Source: Eledone cirrhosa (taxonomy: Eukaryota). Taken from it: a stretch of 64,000 nucleotides of DNA. Each line of letters begins with the position of its first letter. Position 1 is the first letter of the stretch. The notes below the pieces were generated by a model that did no database searches, was not told where the DNA came from, and saw only the letters and a program-made list of their open reading frames with translations. Of this stretch, positions 53,385-64,000 are shown piece after piece. Position numbers and translations under genes: made by a program. The stretch covers positions 6,820,001-6,884,000 of the forward strand of contig OZ024752.1 of the NCBI GenBank assembly GCA_964016885.1. The letters run 5' to 3'.

Positions 53385-54506
53385 CCTGGAAATACTCGAT
53401 TTAGTGTCCGAGCATGCGGTTACCCCACATAGAATGAGAGACCCTAGTTCATTCTCAGAGGCTATTCTCATTAATAGAACCAAAACATTAAACAACAGGA
53501 GTTACATGAAACCAATTGACTGTTGTGATTGCGCCAGTCTGTACATGGCACCAATCCTCCAACTTAATTTCTACGCAGTAGAGAACCTCTAGCCATCAAA
53601 ACCAGAGTCAATTTCCTTTCCTTTGAAAAGGGGAACCTAATCCCGAAATATCATAAAATATAAGGTAAGCTGTTTTGTTTTGTTTTCTAACACTAGTTTT
53701 CACTCATGATTTTGTAATTTACATTGTCTTTTATAACCAAATAAATTACCAGTCAGTAATGGGGTCAATACTTCTACTACTCCCTCCTTTCTTTGGAAGA
53801 AAGCATCTCTGTTCAGATATAGCGAGAGGGGGGGGGGGGACTCTACAACTCCATCAGGAATGTGTGGATCAAGACTGGATAAATGGTTGGTTGGTTAGTA
53901 GCGAAACTTGTATATTTGATTTTTTTTTTGTATAAATAATATTTGTAATGAATATTTCTCTAAGAAAACAAGTGAAGCATGTGTAATGAGAAATCTTGAG
54001 TGAAATATCACATTTTTTCATATGTTATTTTAATGGAATTATAACGACACCGAACAAGTTTAGAGAATACAATATAAAATCTTTAACTCGGATGGAAAGA
54101 TCCAATCAAATCAAATTTGAATTTAATCTTTATTACAGAGAAACTGCAAACTTATACTTTATTCAATTAAAGAGTAAACAACTACGAATATAATCTCATT
54201 TCAGTTCAATCATCATTATTGTTGTTGTTGCTGTTGTTGTTGTTAATGTTATTGTTGCTATTGTTAATATTATTGTTGTTATTGTTGTAGTGGTGGTTAT
54301 TATTGTTAGTTGTTATTACTGTTGTAGTGGTGGTTATTATTGTTAGTTGTTGTTATTATTATTGTTACTATTGTTGTTATTGTTAATGTTATTGTTGTTA
54401 TTAATGTTATTGTTATTGTTGTTATTAATATTATTATTGTTAGTTATAATTGTTGTTGCTATAGTTGTTGTGGTGGTTGTTGTGATTGTTATTGTTATTA
54501 TTATTG

Positions 54507-54541
<35 letters not shown>

Positions 54542-54691
54542 TCTGATTAGTGGCATTAATTAGCCAAAAACAGAAACAGCGTGATTAACAATTGGCTTAT
54601 TATCAATACCACCTTTTTTTATATTTACGCTGCATGGATGTGCATATATGTGCATGTATTTGCATGGGTAAATATGCATGCACATGCACTT

Positions 54692-54737
<46 letters not shown>

Positions 54738-54924
54738 TCATGATAGCAAATATGAATATTTTCTCAGTATTGATTTTGTTGTACACAACTGTAGTAAAAT
54801 TGGTACACACACAGACACACACAGACACACACACATATATATAAACACCTAAATAAACACACAATGTATGCATCTGTCTATATACAAATATATGAACACA
54901 CACACACATCTGTACATAAATGTA

Positions 54925-55004
<80 letters not shown>

Positions 55005-55036
55005 TGTGTGTATATATATATATAGAGAGAGAGAGA

Positions 55037-55369
55037 GAGGCACATGGCTTAGTGGTTAGAGCATTGGGCTTGCAATCGAAAGGTTGTGAGTTCAATTCTC
55101 AGACCGGGTGATGTGTTGTTTCCTTGAGCAAGACACTTTATTTCACATTACTCAAGTTTACTCAGCTGTAGAAATGAGATGATAGGGACTCGGTTCCCTA
55201 TCATTCCACAGCAAAGTGGTCGTGGAGGTGCCACGGCAAAAAAGCACCCAGTACTCACTGTAAATGAGGTTGGTGTTAGGAAGGGCATCCAGCTGTAGAA
55301 ATCAAGCCAGCATCAGTTCCCGTCCCACCCTGGCAAGCAGAGAAAAGTGGACGTAAAATGATGATGATG

Positions 55370-55370
<1 letters not shown>
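55037..55370 (+). mobile_element. tRNA-derived SINE family 2
   Basis: Highly similar to 49269-49597, ends in (TGA)n. Tail fragments also at about 6640-6920, 15590-15775, 24475-24640(-), 37770-37960(-), 41380-41660. Confidence 0.88.
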
Positions 55371-55434
<64 letters not shown>

Positions 55435-55665
55435 CTGCTCTCAACAACTATATAATACACTGATAATGTGTGAAGAACACACTTTCAACTGGAACCATCC
55501 TGCTCAGGTAGAGGTATTGAGTGCTCCTACTGCTACCACCTGCTGTAATTAACTAACATGACAAAATAACTGACACAATGTGTGAGTGTGTGAGTGTGTG
55601 TGTGAGTGGTGTGTGGTGTGTGTGGTATGTTTGTGTGAGTGTGTGTGTATGCCTGTGTGTGTGTG

Positions 55666-55699
<34 letters not shown>

Positions 55700-55784
55700 T
55701 GTGTGTGTGCGAGTGTGTGTGAGAGTCTGTGTGAGAGTCTGTGTCTGTGTGTGTATGTGTGTGTGTGTGTGTGAGTGTATGTGT

Positions 55785-55825
<41 letters not shown>

Positions 55826-55856
55826 TATGTATGTGTGTCTGTGCATGTGTGTGTGA

Positions 55857-55890
<34 letters not shown>

Positions 55891-56594
55891 CTGTGTCTGT
55901 GTGTGTGTGTGTGTGTGTGTGGGTGTGTGTGTGTGGGTGTGTGTGTGTGAATGCCTCGCTTTCTTAATTTTGAGTTTATTCTTTACTAGACCCCACCCCA
56001 CCCAGTGGCAATGTTGTAAAGAGATACAAATGTCCATCATTCCTTGAGCAATTATCTTTCGAGGTTCCAGATAGATTGGAGCTATGTTCTTTCTCCAGAG
56101 TCACACTTTGGTCAGGGTAGGTTGCTATATATTCTGTAGCTCCTACAACAATGGTTTCTTATATAGGCAACTTTGGGGGAGGGGAAAGTCGATTAAATCG
56201 ACCCCAGCGCGTGACTGGTACTTTATTTTGCATGACTGGTACTTTATTTTATCAACCCTGTAAGGATGAAAGGCAAAGTTAATCTCAGCAGGATTTGAAC
56301 TCAGACCTTAAAGAGGCGTAACTCTGTGCTGCAAAGCATGGCTTCTCACCCTCTACCGATACTGCCAGTCCAATGCTTCGATAATAATAGCTATGAAAGT
56401 GAACATCTATTTTGGGTAAAGGATTTCCAAATTGCTCATTAATGGTGGATAGATATCATCCTGCTATCTTGCTACACTGATATGGGGGTGGCAGCTAACT
56501 TCTGCAGCCGAGCCTGTTTTCAATCTCTGATTCCAGATAACAATGTCAGACCTGTTGTGGTTTTATTTGGAGGTGGCTTCATTTTTAGGTTTAT

Positions 56595-56654
56595 GTGTGT
56601 ATATATATACACGTGTATATATATATATATAGATATATATATATATATACACAG

Positions 56655-56688
<34 letters not shown>

Positions 56689-57296
56689 GAATATATATAT
56701 ATATACACACACAGAAATATATATATATACACGTATATACATATGAATATAGATATATAGATATATATATACAGGAATATATATATATATACACACACAG
56801 AAATATATATATATATACACGTATATACATATGAATATAGATATATAGATATATATATACAGGAATATATATATATATACACACACAGAAATATATATAT
56901 ATACACGTATATACATATGAATATAGATATATAGATATATATATACAGGAATATATATATATATACACACACAGAAATATATATATATACACGTATATAC
57001 ATATGAATATAGATATATAGATATATATATACAGGAATATATATATATATACACACACAGAAATATATATATATACACGTATATACATATGAATATAGAT
57101 ATATAGATATATATATATACAGGAATATATATATATATACACACACAGAAATATATATATATACACGTATATACATATGAATATAGATATATAGATATAT
57201 ATATACAGAAATATATATATATATACACACACAGAAATATATATATATACACGTATATACATATGAATATAGATATATAGATATATATATACAGGA

Positions 57297-57332
<36 letters not shown>

Positions 57333-58020
57333 AAATATAGATATATATACACACAAGAATACAAATATATATACACACAAGAATACAAATACATATACAC
57401 ACAGGAATATAAATATATACACACGAGAATATAAATATATATACACACAGGAATATATATATATATACACAGGAATATATATATATATACACACAGGAAT
57501 ATATATATATATACACACAGGAATATATATATACACACAGGAATATATATATACACACAGGAATATATATATACACACAGGAATATATATATATATATAC
57601 ACACAGGAATATATATATATATATACACAGGAATATATATATATATACACAGGAATATATATATATACACACAGGAATATATATATATACACAGGAATAT
57701 ATATATATACACAGGAATATATATATACACACAGGAATATATATATATACACACAGGAATATATATATATACACAGGAATATATATATATACACAGGAAT
57801 ATATATATATATATACACACAGGAATATATATATATATACACAGAGGAATATATATATACACACAGGAATATATATATATATACACACAGGAATATATAT
57901 ATATACACAGGAATATATATATATATACACAGGAATATATATATATACACAGGAATATATATATATACACAGGAATATATATATATATATACACAGGAAT
58001 ATATATATATACACACACAG
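56595..58020. repeat. Composite (TA)n-ACACAGGAA satellite
   Basis: About 78-bp units up to about 57300, then 20-26 bp units; source of the 483-505 aa pseudo-ORFs. Confidence 0.93.
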
Positions 58021-59130
58021 TAATATATACCGTACAATTATAACTTTGAGGAAGTTTCAGAAACCTCCCCCCCACTTAACCCCCCCCCCCATACACCACC
58101 ACCATTGTCTCCACCACCACCAACACCATCTCTACCCCCCTCCCTACCACACAACTTAATCCAATTATTTGCCAGTAATATTCCAATAATGGTACAAGTT
58201 GAATCCCTAACACTCTCCACAGCCATTTATTAACAATTCTCACCACGTTCTACAGACATAATAACCACCAACTCTTGCTCTATTCCGTTCTAAATGATTC
58301 TCTCCTCCATTATTAAACATGGTTGATAAGTTCTGATGGTAAAGATGATGTGAGTGTAGCAATAGTTTTACACTTTTCATACCAAACTATCCTGGATTCT
58401 ACAATACAAAGATGTGTATTTAAAAAAATATATATAATCCATCACAGGGTTAAACCCCCAGTTATTACTGGTACTCATTTTAAGCTGAGTATACTGGAGC
58501 AATGTGAAATGAAGTGTTTTGCTCAACAACACAACACCCAACCCAGTCCAGTCCAGTCATCAAACCCACAACATTATGATCACAAGTCCAACACCCTCAC
58601 CACTAGGCCTCATAACAGTCCAGGAATCAAACCCACAACATTATTATCACAAGTCCAACACCCTCACCACTAGGTCATTTTGAAGTGCTTATATTTATCT
58701 AAACACTGCTCCAAACACCAGCTTCATAATGATAATTTATTTTATAAAATTTCTTCAAATTCTTCATTATTTTCAAAATGATTTGAAAATCATAGGTGTA
58801 TGTAGTGAGGTCAAACCTAGAACTATATGATTGTAAAACAAACTTCTTACCCACACAGCCATAACAACACCTTATTTACTAAATCCTAAACTGTTTATTA
58901 TTTTCAGTGAAATTTAGTGAAACGCAGATAATGGACTTCGTTAGAAATTTGAAAGTGTCAGCCATTTTTTGATACCCACTCGCCTAAAACTGTTGTCCCT
59001 GGTTTTAAGATAAAATAGAGCTTGTTTTAAGATATTTATATTTATCTAAATACCTTCCATCATATTTGTATGTAAGAACCTTTATTAACTTATATTCCAA
59101 ACTCCCAGCTTAATGAGAAAGTTAGTTATA

Positions 59131-59439
59131 CAGGGTGTTTCAAAAGCATTAATATCATGGCCTGTTCCCAAGGTTTTCATATAGTATATATAACTTTACC
59201 TTTCATCCTTACGGGGTTGATAAAATAAAGTACCAGTAATGTACTGGGTATTTGCTGGCCTTGTGCCAAAAGTAGAAACAGTTATAATAAATATATCATG
59301 AATTAGTGTTATAATGTTGACAATTTTTGAACAATAAATCTTATCTTGTTCAACATTAAACCTGTCCCATCTTGTCCTAGTCTTGGTAGTCTCTGGATAT
59401 TTACATCTCAAATGATATCAATTATTTTGAAACACCCCG
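59131..59439. mobile_element. Tc1/mariner-type MITE with a nested SINE fragment
   Basis: TA-CAGGGTGTTTCAAAA ... TTTTGAAACACCCCG. Confidence 0.62.
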
Positions 59440-60249
59440 TGTTACTAAGCCTCTCCAAATCCTTATTTTCAAAATGGTTTGAAAGTCATAAGAAGCAGTG
59501 TCTTTCAATAGAAATATGAAAGGGTTAAATAATTTTCTGATTATGAAACTCATTACAGAAGTGAAACCATTTCAATAACTGTGGAATATTAAAAGGAGAT
59601 ATTACCATAAACTTATAGGGTTTTTGAAAACAAGGCCAGGAATTTGATGGGGAGGGGGAAGTCGACCCCAGTGTATTACTGGTACTTTATTTTATCGATC
59701 CCGTAAGGATGAAAGGCAAAGCTAACCTTGGCAAGATTTGAACTCAGAACGTAAAGGGATGTAACTAAATGCTACCAAAGCACTTTGTCTAATTTATTTC
59801 AGAGAAAAAGAGAGAGGAGGGGGAAGAACCACGCCCAGTAGTAGACTGGTACTTTATTTCAGAGAGAGAGGTGGGGTGGGAGGGGGATCAACCCCAGTAC
59901 TAGACTGGTACTTTATTTCAGAGAGAGAGGTGGGGTGGGAGGGGGGATCAACCCCAGTACTAGACTGGTACTTTATTTCAGAGAGAGAGAGGTAGAGGGA
60001 TCAACCCCCAGTAGTAGACTGGTATTTTATTAACCTTGAAGGACGAAAAGCAGACTTAACTTCAGCAGGAATCAAACAGATTATGATCCCATCCAAGCTA
60101 AGTTTTATCCTACATCCATTATTATTCTTTTCAACTAGAAACAAAATTCTGGTGACTTTATGAATTCCATTCACCTTCGAAGACATTTTCTTTCTTTTAA
60201 GAAAATGTTTCCACTGATCATCTTCCCATTCCATTATCTGGTCGTAACT

Positions 60250-62536
60250 TCCGACAGAAGGAAGCAGGATTTGACCTCATACAGCCAGATCCGACAGAAG
60301 GAAGCAGGATTTGACCTCATACAGCCAGATCCGACAGAAGGAAGCAGGATTTGACCAGACACAGCCAGATCTGACAGAAGGAAGCAGGATTTGACCTCAT
60401 ACAGCCAGATCTGACAGAAGGAAGCAGGATTTGACCACATACAGCCAGATCTGACAGAAGGAAGCAGGATTTGACCAGACACAGCCAGATCTGACAGAAG
60501 GAAGCAGGATTTGACCTCATACAGCCAGATCTGACAGAAGGAAGCAGGATTTGACCAGACACAGCCAGATCTGACAGAAGGAAGCAGGATTTGACCACAT
60601 ACAGCCAGATCTGACAGAAGGAAGCAGGATTTGACCTCATACAGCCAGATCTGACAGAAGGAAGCAGGATTTGACCTCATACAGCCAGATCTGACAGAAG
60701 GAAGCAGGATTTGACCTCATACAGCCAGATCTGACAGAAGGAAGCAGGATTTGACCACATACAGCCAGATCTGACAGAAGGAAGCAGGATTTGACCACAT
60801 ACAGCCAGATCTGACAGAAGGAAGCAGGATTTGACCTCATACAGCCAGATCTGACAGAAGGAAGCAGGATTTGACCTCATACAGCCAGATCTGACAGAAG
60901 GAAGCAGGATTTGACCTCATACAGCCAGATCTGACAGAAGGAAGCAGGATTTGACCTCATACAGCCAGATCTGACAGAAGGAAGCAGGATTTGACCTCAT
61001 ACAGCCAGATCTGACAGAAGGAAGCAGGATTTGACCACATACAGCCAGATCTGACAGAAGGAAGCAGGATTTGACCACATACAGCCAGATCTGACAGAAG
61101 GAAGCAGGATTTGACCTCATACAGCCAGATCTGACAGAAGGAAGCAGGATTTGACCTCATACAGCCAGATCTGACAGAAGGAAGCAGGATTTGACCTCAT
61201 ACAGCCAGATCTGACAGAAAGAAGCAGGATTTGACCACATACAGACAGATCTGACAGAAGGAAGCAGGATTTGACCAGACACAGCCAGATCTGACAGAAG
61301 GAAGCAGGATTTGACCACATACAGCCAGATCTGACAGAAAGAAGCAGGATTTGACCACATACAGCCAGATCTGACAGAAAGAAGCAGGATTTGACCACAT
61401 ACAGCCAGATCTGACAGAAGGAAGCAGGATTTGACCAGACACAGCCAGATCTGACAGAAGGAAGCAGGATTTGACCTCATACAGCCAGATCTGACAGAAA
61501 GAAGCAGGATTTGACCACATACAGCCAGATCTGACAGAAAGAAGCAGGATTTGACCACATACAGCCAGATCTGACAGAAGGAAGCAGGATTTGACCTCAT
61601 ACAGCCAGATCTGACAGAAAGAAGCAGGATTTGACCACATACAGCCTGATCTGACAGAAGGAAGCAGGATTTGACCTCATACAGCCAGATCTGACAGAAG
61701 GAAGCAGGATTTGACCACATACAGCCAGATCTGACAGAAAGAAGCAGGATTTGACCACATACAGCCTGATCTGACAAAAGGAAGCAGGATTTGACCTCAT
61801 ACAGCCAGATCTGACAGAAGGAAGCAGGATTTGACCACATACAGCCAGATCTGACAGAAAGAAGCAGGATTTGACCACATACAGCCAGATCTGACAGAAG
61901 GAAGCAGGATTTGACCCTACACTGCCAGATCTGACAGAAGGAAGCAGGATTTGACCTCATACAGCCAGATCTGACAAAAGGAAGCAGGATTTGACCTCAT
62001 ACAGCCAGATCTGACAGAAGGAAGCAGGATTTGACCTCATACAGCCAGATCTGACAGAAGGAAGCAGGATTTGACCACATACAGCCAGATCTGACAGAAG
62101 GAAGCAGGATTTGACCCTACACTGCCAGATCTGACAGAAGGAAGCAGGATTTGACCTCATACAGCCAGATCTGACAAAAGGAAGCAGGATTTGACCTCAT
62201 ACAGCCAGATCTGACAGAAGGAAGCAGGATTTGACCTCATACAGCCAGATCTGACAGAAGGAAGCAGGATTTGACCACATACAGCCAGATCTGACAGAAG
62301 GAAGCAGGATTTGACCCTACACTGCCAGATCTGACAGAAGGAAGCAGGATTTAACCACATACAGCCAGATCTGACAGAAGGAAGCAGGATTTGACCAGAC
62401 ACAGCCAGATCTGACAGAAGGAAGCAGGATTTGACCAGACACAGCCAGATCTGACAGAAGGAAGCAGGATTTGACCACATACAGCCAGATCTGACAGAAG
62501 GAAGCAGGATTTGACCACATACAGACAGATCTGACA
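60250..62536. repeat. 40-bp tandem array (about 57 units)
   Basis: Unit acagccagatctgacagaaggaagcaggatttgacctcat. Confidence 0.97.
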
Positions 62537-63420
62537 TAAAAAAAAGCATTACATTTTAGTATTTAACAAATCTGCCAAATCACAGCACAGAGTCTGGTGT
62601 TTTATTTGATATAGTATGGTCCCATAACTCCTGATGGAGTCAGCGGGTGCCGTAGTGGCATATAATATTTGTTGGGCATTTTTAAGCCTGGCAGAGCCCA
62701 TCTCTTCTCCAAGTCAGGACACAACACATTTCTTCCAGAGAAAGAGAGAAAGTGAGAGAGAGAGAAAGTGAGAAAGAGATATAGGGGTTGGATTGCCCCC
62801 AGTTCTAGACTGGTACTTATTTTATCAACCACAAAAGCATGAAAAGCAAAGTTAATCATGGCAGGATTTGAAGCCAGAGTGAATAGAACTGGAAGAAATA
62901 GCACAAGATATTTAATCCGACAATAACAACTCTGCCAATTTACTGCCTTTTAAAACTGCTGATAAAATGAAGGGGGATAAAAAACAAAAGTATTATGAAC
63001 AATTTCCTATAAGCTTTTTTTCTGTTTGGCCAAGATAATAGATGGTGCTGACTGCTATACTTTAAACAACAATCAATAAAGACAACAACATTATGAGAAC
63101 ATTATCAAGTTCAATGATACTTAAAAGTAACGTAGTTATTTGTTTATCATTGGGGAAAACTTCAAAAGAAGCTTTTCTAACATGCACCAGTGTTTGAGCT
63201 CATTGAAGAGAACAAAATCAATCAGTGCATATAATTGGCAACAGCTTCAGCCTCTAGTTAGTTTGTCTAGTAAGAAGATGAGTGAGAAGAAGCCTACAGC
63301 TAAGTCTTGGCTTAAAAACACAATTACCTCCTTTTATGTTAGAGTTGATGACAACTTGATGGAACGATACCAGAACTGAAAGACATCCATGATGCTGCTT
63401 TCAACATTATGTAAGAGAAT

Positions 63421-63460
<40 letters not shown>

Positions 63461-63593
63461 CATATATAGACATACATATACATAAACATATATCCATATA
63501 CATATATACAAATATACATATACAAATACACACACATATATACATACACATACACACACACATATATACATACACATACACACACACATACAG

Positions 63594-63635
<42 letters not shown>

Positions 63636-64000
63636 CGTTTTTCAATTTGTTTTGCAAGATTTCTCATCTGAAAACGTGTGTTGAAACAGATATTGCTATA
63701 GTTTGGGAGGGTCATGCTGCCAATAAAAACACATGCACCTGTTGGTTTTCACTTCAATTTATTATAAATTTCAGGAAGGTTGTTTATATATATAGTCACA
63801 CATTCTGTCACCTCCTCAGTGACTGATTTCTTATTTTGTGTCTCTCCTGTGTTGCCCTACACCTTCTTGTTTTTGTGTGCATATCTGTGTGGTATATATG
63901 TTATATGTGGTATATATGATATACGTGAGATATGTGATATATATGTGGTATACATGTGATATATGTGTGTGAAAGTGAGAGAGTGTGTAAGTCTGTGTGT

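Noticed and set aside
56520-58075. ORFs of about 500 aa rich in Y/I/C/V
   Set aside because: Translation of a (TA)n-based satellite.
62602-63410. Candidate upstream MAGI exon
   Set aside because: No GK-like motifs in the frames examined; part of the ORF runs through a SINE fragment and a GA tract.

Overview
Eukaryotic, AT-rich, very repeat-dense DNA. The SINE families and microsatellite load suggest an octopus or related cephalopod (inference). The only convincing protein-coding sequence is one 295-bp internal exon on the minus strand (52238-51944) of a MAGI-family gene (end of the guanylate-kinase-like region, linker, first half of WW1), so the window is most likely large-intron sequence. 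Nearly all long ORFs in the track are tandem-repeat artefacts. The rest comprises three tRNA-derived SINE families, RTE and other LINE remnants, a decayed Tc1/mariner (maT-like) transposon, TTAA-flanked piggyBac-like MITEs, non-autonomous Helitrons and about 20 mini/microsatellite arrays, several of which visibly grew out of TE fragments. The most notable hidden signal is a set of 6 well-formed and about 4 weaker, truncated or degenerate minimal type I hammerhead ribozyme motifs from about 5-6 sequence families. They show compensatory base changes, mostly sit in or next to (TA)n tracts, and often come with inverted partial duplications, as expected for Penelope-like/retrozyme terminal repeats. 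Most lie on the MAGI sense strand, and one related pair brackets the exon in inverted orientation. All structures were folded by eye and repeat boundaries are approximate.
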